From: a virus
Lineage: Duplodnaviria > Caudoviricetes
Virus record (IMG/VR): IMGVR_UViG_3300021087_001082
Span: 1-64,000 of that record
Reading direction: 5' to 3' (one strand)
DNA: 64,000 nucleotides
The position numbers were made by a program, and so were the translations under genes. Position 1 is the first letter of the stretch, and each line of letters opens with the position of its first letter. The notes beneath the pieces are model-generated. The model saw only the letters and a list, made by a program, of their open reading frames with translations. It was not told the DNA's origin and did no database searches. Shown here in pieces: positions 26,705-36,174 of this stretch.

Positions 26705-26813
26705 AATACCCTCCTTTGATAATTAAAATGTTAACCTCCTTTTATTTCACAAATCTTAATATTTATAGAATCTCTTTATTCAACAAAATTTCTAAATAAT
26801 CATAGGAGGAAGT

Positions 26814-27419
26814 ATGGTAACATATTCACATTTATCAATGATTGCTTTTGTGATATTAGGTTTATCTATGGTGAGATTAATGATTAACTATAGTTCATTA
26901 GTTGCTAAAAATTTTAATGATAGTCCAGATGATGATGTTGTGTTTTATTGGCCACATACGGCAATGAGTTTTATAACTTTTTTTACTATTATATTATTTT
27001 GGTGGACTTCTTATCCACTGAGAGATGTGAATTATTTTCCAAACGAAGGATGGAATTTATTTACATTTTTATTATATCTTTCAGTACCATTCTTATTTTT
27101 TATGGTTACTGAAGTGATCGCTCCACAAATTGAAGAACATAGAACGAAGGAAGTTAATTTAAAAGATTATTATTATAATAATCATAAGGTCATATTAGGG
27201 TTGGCAGTAATGTTACAATGCGTTCTGCTCGCAAATCTTTTTGTATTCTTTAAAGGAGAATTGCTATCATTGAAAGTGATAGGCAGAGTCATATTGATTT
27301 GTGTCATGACTCCAATGATATTCAGTATCAATAAAAGATTACATGAAATTGGTATGACAATATTTTTTCTAGGATTCATCTATACCATAATAAAGTATCA
27401 TATCTATCCAGTGATATAA
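26814..27419 (+). CDS. multi-pass membrane protein
   Basis: about 6 hydrophobic helices; AGGAGG SD. Confidence 0.75.
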   Translation: MVTYSHLSMIAFVILGLSMVRLMINYSSLVAKNFNDSPDDDVVFYWPHTAMSFITFFTIILFWWTSYPLRDVNYFPNEGWNLFTFLLYLSVPFLFFMVTEVIAPQIEEHRTKEVNLKDYYYNNHKVILGLAVMLQCVLLANLFVFFKGELLSLKVIGRVILICVMTPMIFSINKRLHEIGMTIFFLGFIYTIIKYHIYPVI

Positions 27420-27550
27420 TGAGATGCGAGGGGCCTGGGGTGTCGTCCCAGCGGCACGCTCCTCCATTCTCAAAAAAAAATCAAAAAAGATCATTAATGA
27501 TATCAAAGCGATAGCGCCTAAGTCGTTGTAATCATTGATAATCATTTCTG

Positions 27551-27579
27551 TTGACATTTTGAGCTAGATGTGATATAAT
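27551..27579 (+). promoter_or_regulatory. sigma70-type early promoter with conserved upstream box
   Basis: TTGACA-N17-TATAAT preceded by AATCATTGATAATCATTTCTG, as at 10260-10280. Confidence 0.88.
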
Positions 27580-27616
27580 ATAAGTACAGAATAAGAAAAG
27601 CGAACGAGAGAGAAAC

Positions 27617-30169
27617 ATGAGCGAATTACGAGAACAAAAATCAATCCTAGCTAAGTTGATGGCTTCCGAGAATATCACGGTCCGTCACGCTAAAGTTCCT
27701 ACCGCAGGATTTGATCCTAAATCAAGAACCTTGATTCTTCCAATCCTTAAAGAGATGGAAGGAGAAGTCTATGACTTGTTTGTTTGTCATGAGGTTGGAC
27801 ACGCCTTATATACACCAGCAGAAGGTTGGCATAAAGTGGTTTCCGAACAAGGACCAAACTACAAAAGTTTTTTAAATATTGTCGAAGATGCCCGAATTGA
27901 AAAATTGATCAAACGCAAATATCATGGTGCAGCAAAAGCAATGCATGCAGGATATCAGGTTTTGATGCATGAACGCGATTTTATGGGACTCAAGAAATAT
28001 AAGATAGATATCAATACAGCCCCTCTGATTGATAAACTCAATATACATTTCAAAGGTGGATTACGCGAAGCAGTACGATTTACTGAAGAGGAAATGTATT
28101 TCGTCCACGAGATGGAAAATCTTGAAACATGGGATGATGTAGAACAATTAACAGGTGAGCTTTGGGATTGGTGTTCAGATCGAGAAGAACAGTTACAAGA
28201 GTTCGATGAATTTCAGATGCAAATGGATACTGAAGAGGATTCAGATTGTGAGGAAGATTGTGAATGGGATGACAATGACAATATGCAAAATATTGTACCT
28301 CCATCTGAAGATAAAGAAAATCCAGAAAATGAAGAACAGGTAAGTAAAGAAGATTGTGATGCCCCAGTTGATAGCTGTCCTGAATCAACGGATGGAGACG
28401 GACCAGAAGAACAGTTGAAAGCAGATGAAGATGGAAACAAACCTGCAGATCAATCTAAAGATGAATCTCAAGAAGAAGCTAAACCGAATAATCAAGCTGG
28501 TAGATCAGAAGGTGGAGATGATGCATGGTATGATGAAGATCCTTGGAAGTGGAATAAGCCTGAACCACAATCAATTACTGATCAAGAGTTTAGAGCCCAT
28601 GAAGAAGAATTAGTTCATGAAGAAGCGATCGAAATTCGATATTTTAATTCACCGAAACTGCATATCAAAAACAATGGTTTGATTGTCACTTATAAAGAGT
28701 TGATGAAAGACCACAAGATCAGAATCGAAAAGAAGGTGGCGGATTATGAAGTTGAATCACAACTTCCATTTGAATATGCACGCAAGTATTTGAAATTAGT
28801 TGATAAGGATAATAAACCAGTTGTTAATTATCTCGCAAAAGAATTTGAGATGAAGAAGAAAGCCGCGGAATATAAAAGATCACAGACTGCTAATTCCGGA
28901 CTCATATCTTTATCAGATATTCACAAATACAAATATTCAGATAATATTTTCAAGAAAGTCACGATCGTTCCAGAAGGAAAGAATCACGGATTATATATGT
29001 TGTGTGATTGGTCAGGATCGATGCACGATAAGATGATTCCAACATTTATTCAGTTGTTGCAATTAGTAGACTTTTGCAGAAAGTGCGCAATCAAACATGA
29101 AGTATATGCATTCGTAGATTATGCTTATGATGAAGAAGGGAATGACGTATTAGTAAAGAAGGAACAAAGGCCTTTAGAAGATAAGATAGCTGGAAATATT
29201 TCATCTGCAGGTAATCACCGAGCAGTTCAATTAATAGAGATCTTTTCAGATAAAATGTCAGCAAAAGATTTTCGTGAGATGAGAGAACAATTGGTTGTGT
29301 CTTTACTTCGATGTGATAATGAGTTTCACCAAGCCCCTTATCAGGAAAACAAAAGAAGAGAGGCTAAGATAAAAGCAGAAGTATATGATAGAAAGCTTAA
29401 AATAATTAAAGAGACCAAGCAAGAGATTGTTTGGAATATGATGAAAGAAGAAAATCCGGAATTATCTACATGGGATTGGAGCGCGCTCTGCTCTCGATAT
29501 AATTTTCCATTATCACGACTTTGTGGAACACCATTAAATTCTGCAATTATGTTTAGTATTCCAAATGCAAATAGATTCAGAAAAGATAATAGATTAGATA
29601 TTGTTAATACAATTATTTTAACAGATGGCGAATCAAATTCAGCTCATAGTTATTGGAAAGAGGACGAAGGTGTCATGAGGGCTTATAACATTGAAAATCA
29701 ACTGGGAGGTGATCCTGTTCGTAATAAGCTGGTAGATACTGAAACAAAAAAAGTATTTGATTGGAACCGTAGAAGTAATTGGAGTGAAACCCGTAATACA
29801 CTTGAGTATTACAAATATAAAACTTTTTCGAATGTGGTTGGATTCTTCCTTTGTACTAGTGGAGATACGGCTGGTAGGATAGGATCAAGGGATATTCAAT
29901 TGAAAACCGGATCAACGTTCAATCAAGAATCATATACAGTTGCAAAATCAGAATATAATAGGAACGGATTTTTTATAAGTAAGAACTTAGGATATTCAGA
30001 ATTGTATGTGATCAAAGCAAATAAATCAGTTCAGACGGAAGATGAGATTGATCTTGATACTGATAAGGAATTGTCCACGGCACAGATAACACGTGCATTT
30101 AAAAAGTTTCAGAAAGGAAAACTTGAGAAGCGCGTTCTGCTTAATCGATTTGCCGAGATGGTTGCGTAA
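27617..30169 (+). CDS. CobT-like protein: HExxH metallopeptidase-like N-domain, acidic linker, vWA domain
   Basis: HEVGHALYT, NIVEDARIE, MIDAS DWSGSM, GTPL, LTDGES; adjacent to an AAA ATPase as in T4-like phages. Confidence 0.88.
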   Translation: MSELREQKSILAKLMASENITVRHAKVPTAGFDPKSRTLILPILKEMEGEVYDLFVCHEVGHALYTPAEGWHKVVSEQGPNYKSFLNIVEDARIEKLIKRKYHGAAKAMHAGYQVLMHERDFMGLKKYKIDINTAPLIDKLNIHFKGGLREAVRFTEEEMYFVHEMENLETWDDVEQLTGELWDWCSDREEQLQEFDEFQMQMDTEEDSDCEEDCEWDDNDNMQNIVPPSEDKENPENEEQVSKEDCDAPVDSCPESTDGDGPEEQLKADEDGNKPADQSKDESQEEAKPNNQAGRSEGGDDAWYDEDPWKWNKPEPQSITDQEFRAHEEELVHEEAIEIRYFNSPKLHIKNNGLIVTYKELMKDHKIRIEKKVADYEVESQLPFEYARKYLKLVDKDNKPVVNYLAKEFEMKKKAAEYKRSQTANSGLISLSDIHKYKYSDNIFKKVTIVPEGKNHGLYMLCDWSGSMHDKMIPTFIQLLQLVDFCRKCAIKHEVYAFVDYAYDEEGNDVLVKKEQRPLEDKIAGNISSAGNHRAVQLIEIFSDKMSAKDFREMREQLVVSLLRCDNEFHQAPYQENKRREAKIKAEVYDRKLKIIKETKQEIVWNMMKEENPELSTWDWSALCSRYNFPLSRLCGTPLNSAIMFSIPNANRFRKDNRLDIVNTIILTDGESNSAHSYWKEDEGVMRAYNIENQLGGDPVRNKLVDTETKKVFDWNRRSNWSETRNTLEYYKYKTFSNVVGFFLCTSGDTAGRIGSRDIQLKTGSTFNQESYTVAKSEYNRNGFFISKNLGYSELYVIKANKSVQTEDEIDLDTDKELSTAQITRAFKKFQKGKLEKRVLLNRFAEMVA

Positions 30170-30176
30170 ATAAACC

Positions 30177-30205
30177 TTGACATTTTGTCAAACTTATGGT
30201 ATAAT
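30177..30205 (+). promoter_or_regulatory. sigma70-type early promoter
   Basis: TTGACA-N17-TATAAT. Confidence 0.85.
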
Positions 30206-30242
30206 ATATCATAATGAAAATAATAACGAGAGAGAGTATATT

Positions 30243-31400
30243 ATGACACACCGAGACCAATTAGTTGAAGCCTGGAAGCAAGTACATGGAGATTCAAAAG
30301 TACTTGATAGATCTGAGGTAAATAGAATAGCCGTTGATGCGGGACTCAAAGAACCGAATCAAAATTTTCTGAGTAAAATCAGAGTAGGTCGAAATCAGTT
30401 TTCGATCGCAAATTATGGACAAGTAGCAGTAATGCCACAAGCAAAATGGGGTGATCGTTATCGTAAGCCTAAAGCAATTGACGTACGTGAAGTACAACAT
30501 GAGACAGCAATTAAAAAGGTTAGCGAAGAAGTTTCATTTGTGCCTGATCATGATCCCAATTATGTTAAAGCAGGTTATTTTACAGAACTTGTAAGAATCA
30601 TAAATTCCGGAATGTTCATTCCAACATTCATTACTGGTCTTTCTGGTATGGGGAAAACCAAAGAGGTTTTCGAAGCAGCAGCAAAAACTAAACGTGAATT
30701 AATTCGAGTCAATATTACAATTGAAACTGATGAAGATGATTTACTTGGACACTATACTCTTAAAGATGGTGAAACTGTTTGGGAAGACGGTCCTGTTATC
30801 GTTGCAATGGAAAGAGGAGCAATTCTTCTTCTTGATGAGATTGACCTTGCATCAAATAAGATCATGTGTCTACAACCAGTACTTGAAGGTGGAGATATCT
30901 TCTTGAAGAAGATTAACAGACTCGTTAAACCAGTACCTGGATTCAATATTATTGCGACAGCGAATACTAAAGGAAAAGGATCTGAAGATGGAAGATTCAT
31001 TGGAACAAACATTCTTAATGAAGCTTTCCTTGATCGTTTCCCATTGACATTCGAACAAGATTATCCAAATGCGTCAACAGAGAAAAAGATTATTACTAAG
31101 ATCCTCGCAAATTATGAAGTCAAGGATGAAACATTTGTTGATCACTTAGTACAGTGGACCGATGTAATTCGTAGGACTTATGATGACGGTGGTATTGATG
31201 AGATCATCTCAACACGTCGTTTGGTAAACATTGTTAATTCGTATATGGTATTCAGAGACAAGATGAAAGCGATCGAATTTTCGATCAATCGTTTCGATGA
31301 AGATACTAAAAATGGTTTTATGGATCTATGGAGCAAAGTGGACCCTGCAGCAACCCCCGAAACAGATGAAGAACCTGCCGAAGAAGCAAAAGAAGAATAA
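30243..31400 (+). CDS. CobS/MoxR-like AAA+ ATPase
   Basis: Walker A GLSGMGKT, Walker B LLLDEID, ATANTKG, NEAFLDRF; start placed after the promoter. Confidence 0.92.
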   Translation: MTHRDQLVEAWKQVHGDSKVLDRSEVNRIAVDAGLKEPNQNFLSKIRVGRNQFSIANYGQVAVMPQAKWGDRYRKPKAIDVREVQHETAIKKVSEEVSFVPDHDPNYVKAGYFTELVRIINSGMFIPTFITGLSGMGKTKEVFEAAAKTKRELIRVNITIETDEDDLLGHYTLKDGETVWEDGPVIVAMERGAILLLDEIDLASNKIMCLQPVLEGGDIFLKKINRLVKPVPGFNIIATANTKGKGSEDGRFIGTNILNEAFLDRFPLTFEQDYPNASTEKKIITKILANYEVKDETFVDHLVQWTDVIRRTYDDGGIDEIISTRRLVNIVNSYMVFRDKMKAIEFSINRFDEDTKNGFMDLWSKVDPAATPETDEEPAEEAKEE

Positions 31401-31414
31401 AAACAAAATAGTCC

Positions 31415-31457
31415 TTGACATTTTAAACGTTATCTTCTATAATATACAATATAAATA
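31415..31457 (+). promoter_or_regulatory. tandem early (sigma70) and late (TATAAATA) promoters
   Basis: TTGACA 31415, TATAAT 31438, TATAAATA 31450. Confidence 0.8.
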
Positions 31458-31497
31458 GATGATAACGTTTTCTGTTTATTTAATATGAAAGGAGTGA

Positions 31498-32496
31498 ATG
31501 CAGATCGAAGTACCAATAGCTGAGTTAAGAAAGAAACGTATATTTGTTGCTACACCAATGTATGGTGGAATGTGTAGTGGAATGTATACTAAAGCTTGTT
31601 GCGACCTAGCAACTACAGCCACCAAATATCAAATCGATTTAAAATTCTTTTATCTATTCAATGAATCTTTAATTACAAGAGCACGAAATTATTGTGTTGA
31701 TGAGTTCTTGAGATCTGAATATACACATCTCATGTTCATTGATGCAGATATTTGTTTCGATCCGAATTACGTTCTTACATTAGCAGCACTATGTGATAGT
31801 ACGAAACCAATCGTTGGTGGAATATATCCTAAGAAGTGTATTGCTTGGGAGAAGGTTCGTAATGCTGTTGATAAAGGATTAGCTGATGATGATCCGACGA
31901 TGCTTGAAAGGTTTACAGGCGATTTTGTTTTCAATCCAGTAGGAGGTCAACAAACTATTTCATTATCAGAACCAGTAGAAGCTTTGGAAATTGGAACTGG
32001 ATTTATGATGCTTCAACGTGAAGTGTTAGATAAGTTCGCAAAAGAATATCCTAAGTTTCGATATAAACCAGATCATAACCGTTCAGAACACTTTGACGGT
32101 TCCAGATACATTCATGCATTCTTTGATACTATTATTGATAATGATCAATGGATGGGTGAAGGTAAATCGGAAAATTCCGATCGTTATCTATCAGAAGATT
32201 ATATGTTCTGTCAATTAGCACATAAGATAGATATCAAAACTTTTCTATGTCCTTGGATGAAATTATCACATGTTGGAACATATGTATTCTCCGGTAACTT
32301 ACCAGATATGGGTGCATTGGAATATGCAGCGCATGGATATGATACTGAGAGTAGACCTTTCTTAGAAGACAGAAAAAAGAAAAAGTCTTCAGAAGGCATG
32401 AATAGAAAAGAACGTAGAAAACTCGCTGCGGCAAAACGCAAAGAGGATAAGAAGTCAGGGAAACCTGATTATTCAAAAAGTCCTAACCATTTATAG
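31498..32496 (+). CDS. glycosyltransferase-like (GT-A) protein
   Basis: ATPMYGG, ESLITRARN, HLMFIDADI, GTGFM, LSEDYMFC, HVG. Confidence 0.8.
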   Translation: MQIEVPIAELRKKRIFVATPMYGGMCSGMYTKACCDLATTATKYQIDLKFFYLFNESLITRARNYCVDEFLRSEYTHLMFIDADICFDPNYVLTLAALCDSTKPIVGGIYPKKCIAWEKVRNAVDKGLADDDPTMLERFTGDFVFNPVGGQQTISLSEPVEALEIGTGFMMLQREVLDKFAKEYPKFRYKPDHNRSEHFDGSRYIHAFFDTIIDNDQWMGEGKSENSDRYLSEDYMFCQLAHKIDIKTFLCPWMKLSHVGTYVFSGNLPDMGALEYAAHGYDTESRPFLEDRKKKKSSEGMNRKERRKLAAAKRKEDKKSGKPDYSKSPNHL

Positions 32497-32502
32497 GAAA
32501 AC

Positions 32503-33189
32503 ATGATTATACATAATGAGACTGTTGAATATTTAAAAAACTTTGCTGAGATTAATCAAAGCCTGGTTATCGAAAAAGGTAAAGTCATTAAGACAGTTAG
32601 TGAACAGACAAATGTAATGGCAAAAGCAGAACTCGGACAAGAGTTCCCACAAGACTTTGCGATCTATGATCTCAATAAGTTTCTGGGTGTTCTTTCTTTA
32701 TTCGTTGAGCCACGATTTGAATTTAGTGAAAAATCTGTAAAAGTTCAATCAAGTGTTGATGCAAATAATTATACAGCTGGAGATCAGATAGCCGAATATC
32801 AATTTGCCAACATGTCTTTGTTTGAAAACGAAAAAAAGATTCTTGCAAAAGATATTGAGTTGCCAGAACCGGAAGCTTCATTTAAACTTGAAGAGAAGTA
32901 TTTCGTTTCTATTATGAGAGCAGCTTCAGTTATGAGTCTACCAGAAATTGCTGTTATAGCAAAAGATGGAAAGATTAAATTGCAAGCAATTGATTCCAAA
33001 ACATCCGTCGATAGTTATGCAGTTGACTTGGGTAATTCTGATTCTAATTTTAAAATGATTTTCAAACTTGAAAATCTTAAATTAATGAAAGGGACTTATG
33101 ATGTGAGAATATCAAATAAGGGTCTCGGACATTTTAAGAACACAGAGAAAAAACTTGAGTATTGGATTGCAACTGAACAGACAATATAA
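32503..33189 (+). CDS. gp45: sliding clamp (T4 gp45)
   Basis: LKNFAEINQS, FAIYDLNKFL, YWIATE; synteny 45-44-62-regA. Confidence 0.95.
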   Translation: MIIHNETVEYLKNFAEINQSLVIEKGKVIKTVSEQTNVMAKAELGQEFPQDFAIYDLNKFLGVLSLFVEPRFEFSEKSVKVQSSVDANNYTAGDQIAEYQFANMSLFENEKKILAKDIELPEPEASFKLEEKYFVSIMRAASVMSLPEIAVIAKDGKIKLQAIDSKTSVDSYAVDLGNSDSNFKMIFKLENLKLMKGTYDVRISNKGLGHFKNTEKKLEYWIATEQTI

Positions 33190-33194
33190 GGATT

Positions 33195-34133
33195 ATGACA
33201 GATAATATATTATGGGTTGAGGCGTATAGACCTCAAAAGGTAGCAGACTGTATTCTTTCTGATCATCTAAAGAATCCATTCCAATCATTTGTAGAAAAAG
33301 GAAATATTCCTAATCTATTATTGACTGGAGGACCTGGTGTTGGTAAAACAACAATTGCGAAAGCAATGTGTAAGGAGATTGGATCTGATTATCTTGTTGT
33401 GAATGGTTCTCAAGAATCTGGTATTGATTTATTGAGAGTCAAACTAGAAAATTATTGTAGTAGTGTTTCATTACTGGGTGGTAGAAAAGTTGTTATAATT
33501 GATGAGGCAGATTATTTAAACCCACAATCTACACAACCAGCTTTAAGAGGATTTATTGAACAGTTCTCTGAAAACTGTAGTTTTATTTTTACTTGTAATT
33601 ATTTACATAGGATTATTGAACCAATTCATTCCAGATGTTCTGTAATTGAATTTAAGATAGATAAAAAGGATGCGCCTGTGATTGCTCAATCTATGTTAGA
33701 TAGAGCAAAGCAAATCCTTGACGAGAATAATGTTAATTATAATGAAAAGGTTCTCGTTGAATTAATAATGAGATATTATCCAGATTTTAGAAGGACATTA
33801 AATGAATTACAACGTTATAGTGCTACAGGTGATATTGATAGTGGGGTTCTCGGTCAATTGGGCGATGCTAACTTTCTCGCTCTTATTAATGCATTAAAAG
33901 AAAAGAACTTTACAAAGGTTCGTAAATGGGTAAATGATTCAAGTCATACAGATCCAAGAAACATATATAGACAATTATATGATAACTTACATGAACATTT
34001 AACACCTAACACATTACCACCAATTATTTTATTATTGGCTGATTATCAATATAAATCTGCATTCGCAGCAGATCAACAAATCAATCTAACCGCATGCTTG
34101 ATCGAAGTAATGGTTGAAGGGCAATGGCAATGA
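33195..34133 (+). CDS. gp44: clamp loader large subunit (T4 gp44)
   Basis: LWVEAYRP, GGPGVGKTT, IIDEAD, HSRC, PDFRR. Confidence 0.96.
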   Translation: MTDNILWVEAYRPQKVADCILSDHLKNPFQSFVEKGNIPNLLLTGGPGVGKTTIAKAMCKEIGSDYLVVNGSQESGIDLLRVKLENYCSSVSLLGGRKVVIIDEADYLNPQSTQPALRGFIEQFSENCSFIFTCNYLHRIIEPIHSRCSVIEFKIDKKDAPVIAQSMLDRAKQILDENNVNYNEKVLVELIMRYYPDFRRTLNELQRYSATGDIDSGVLGQLGDANFLALINALKEKNFTKVRKWVNDSSHTDPRNIYRQLYDNLHEHLTPNTLPPIILLLADYQYKSAFAADQQINLTACLIEVMVEGQWQ

Positions 34134-34549
34134 ATCCATTCGATTTTGTAAAAGATATAAACTATAAGAAAAAAGATTTGTTACAAGATGATCCCGATGG
34201 TCATATAGAACGGGATTATAAACCCTTTTTAATTAATAGAACATTAAGTTTTACCTCTGATACGGCGCTTCATGCTAACGAAATGAACGTAAGACCGTTT
34301 CTAGATAACAAGCTTCAATACCACTATTTGCTAAATATCATTAGACCCAAGAACAGATTTGGTCGATGGTTAAAAGCCGAGAAGTACGAAGCCATAGATC
34401 TTATCGTTGAATATTATGGTTACTCCTTGCAAAAAGCTAGGGAAGTCGTTGATATATTCACGGATGAGGACTTACGTACTCTCAAGCAAAAATTATTTAC
34501 AGGTGGATTGAAGGAGTTAAATGAGTATAGAGGTCGAAGCGCTCGTTGA
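34124..34549 (+). CDS. gp62: clamp loader small subunit (T4 gp62)
   Basis: YKPFLINRTLS, ANEMN, EYYGYS..KA; synteny. Confidence 0.92.
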   Translation: MAMNPFDFVKDINYKKKDLLQDDPDGHIERDYKPFLINRTLSFTSDTALHANEMNVRPFLDNKLQYHYLLNIIRPKNRFGRWLKAEKYEAIDLIVEYYGYSLQKAREVVDIFTDEDLRTLKQKLFTGGLKELNEYRGRSAR

Positions 34550-34946
34550 AATCAAGCTGAAACAACCTGATGATTTTTTAAAAGTAAAAGAGACTTTAAC
34601 AAGAATTGGTGTGGCATCCAAGAAAGATAAGACTCTATATCAGAGTTGTCACATTCTTCATAAACAAAGTCGGTATTACATAGTACATTTTAAAGAGTTG
34701 TTCATGCTAGATGGGAAACCATCTAATTTTTCAGATAATGATGCAGCACGGCGTAATACAATAGTTAATCTATTAGCAGAATGGGATTTAGTACAAATTG
34801 TGGATAACGATAAAGTTAATGACAATATTGTTCCCATTAATCAACTAAAGATTATATCGTTCAAAGAAAAGGACGAATGGAATTTAGTGGCAAAATATAA
34901 TATTGGAAATAAGAAAAGTGACGACACTAAAATTGAAAGTACATAA
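34521..34946 (+). CDS. regA: translational repressor RegA
   Basis: DDFLKVKETLTRIGVAS, LYQSCHILHKQ, YYIVHFKELF. Confidence 0.97.
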   Translation: MSIEVEALVEIKLKQPDDFLKVKETLTRIGVASKKDKTLYQSCHILHKQSRYYIVHFKELFMLDGKPSNFSDNDAARRNTIVNLLAEWDLVQIVDNDKVNDNIVPINQLKIISFKEKDEWNLVAKYNIGNKKSDDTKIEST

Positions 34947-35427
34947 ATTATTTGATGATGTTCAAATTCCCCAATTTTCCACAAAAGGTTCAGCATGCTT
35001 TGATATACATGCATACTATAGACCTGAAGCTGGATATAAGGTTTGGAATGAAGATAAAAAAACATTTATAGAAAGAAAAGATTCTTCTATAACAATTCAT
35101 CCATTTCAAAGGGCATTGATTCCAACAGGATTGATTTTAGATATCCCAAATGGATATTCAGTAAGAATACACCCTAGATCTGGAACAGCAATTAAACAGG
35201 GCATGAGCTTAATTAATTGCGAAGGCGTAATCGATTATGATTACGTAGAACCATTGTTTATTGCTTGTGTGAACCTTTCAGAAGTTCAAACAATCATTAT
35301 AAATAATGGCGACAGAGTCGCTCAGGGCGAACTTGTCGAAATGACTCATTACGAAATTGAGGAGTCGTCTACTAAGCCTACTCAAAAGACTGACCGCGAC
35401 GGTGGTTTTGGAAGTACTGGCAAATGA
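34903..35427 (+). CDS. dut: dUTPase (trimeric)
   Basis: GSACFDI, PRSG, GVIDYDY, GDRVAQ, RDGGFGSTG; real start may be GTG 34918. Confidence 0.95.
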   Translation: MEIRKVTTLKLKVHKLFDDVQIPQFSTKGSACFDIHAYYRPEAGYKVWNEDKKTFIERKDSSITIHPFQRALIPTGLILDIPNGYSVRIHPRSGTAIKQGMSLINCEGVIDYDYVEPLFIACVNLSEVQTIIINNGDRVAQGELVEMTHYEIEESSTKPTQKTDRDGGFGSTGK

Positions 35428-35618
35428 GTAGATTTAAAGTTTTAGGGCACAGTTACGACTTAGAAATATACGAAGAAGTTTTAACTGATCCTGAAAAAGG
35501 TACTATTGAATTCGACGAGGTCGGAGTGTATAGTGCCAAATCCATACTAGAGTTAGTATGGATTGTTCTTAAACATCGGTTTGAACATCTGCTCGCTGGT
35601 GAGGGATGGAGAGACTGA
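35424..35618 (+). CDS. hypothetical protein
   Basis: 64 aa, coupled to dut. Confidence 0.55.
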   Translation: MSRFKVLGHSYDLEIYEEVLTDPEKGTIEFDEVGVYSAKSILELVWIVLKHRFEHLLAGEGWRD

Positions 35619-35644
35619 TAATCTTGCTTTTATAAGGAGATAAT

Positions 35645-36112
35645 ATGTTATATACAAACGCCGCATCACTGTTTACAAATCCCAAACATTTACAACACTT
35701 GACTCAGTCCGCAATTGGATTAGATAATCTGTTTGAAAGAGTGTTTGGAGAATTGTCTAATTTTAATCAAAATCAAACTTCAAGTTACCCACCTTATAAC
35801 TTGAAAAAAGATGGAGATGATTATATAATAGAGTTAGCAGTTGCAGGACTCAATGAAGAAGACATTACAGTGAATGTTGAAAACGGTGTATTAACCGTCG
35901 AATCAACAACAGATAAATCAGATGAAGATTTTCTTTATCAAGGGATTGCAAAGCGTTCTTTTAAACGTTGTTGGACTCTCTCTGATGATATAATTGTTAA
36001 AGAAGCAGCATTAGACGCTGGGATGTTAACAATTACAATGGAGAAGATTATTCCTGAGGAAAAGAAGGCAAAGCAGATTAAGATTGTAACAAATCAAAAG
36101 AAGCTTTCCTAA
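35645..36112 (+). CDS. small heat shock protein Hsp20
   Basis: YPPYN, IELAVAG, YQGIAKRSF, IIPEEKK. Confidence 0.95.
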   Translation: MLYTNAASLFTNPKHLQHLTQSAIGLDNLFERVFGELSNFNQNQTSSYPPYNLKKDGDDYIIELAVAGLNEEDITVNVENGVLTVESTTDKSDEDFLYQGIAKRSFKRCWTLSDDIIVKEAALDAGMLTITMEKIIPEEKKAKQIKIVTNQKKLS

Positions 36113-36174
36113 TTTCGACGGGGTCGTTGAAGATAAATACTTTCTAACCAGCGACCCCATAATAGGAGTGAAAA

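Noticed and set aside
27617-31400. Cobalamin biosynthesis (cobT/cobS) AMGs
   Set aside because: This vWA plus MoxR-type ATPase pair is common in T4-like phages and no cobN is present; a chaperone-type role is more plausible.
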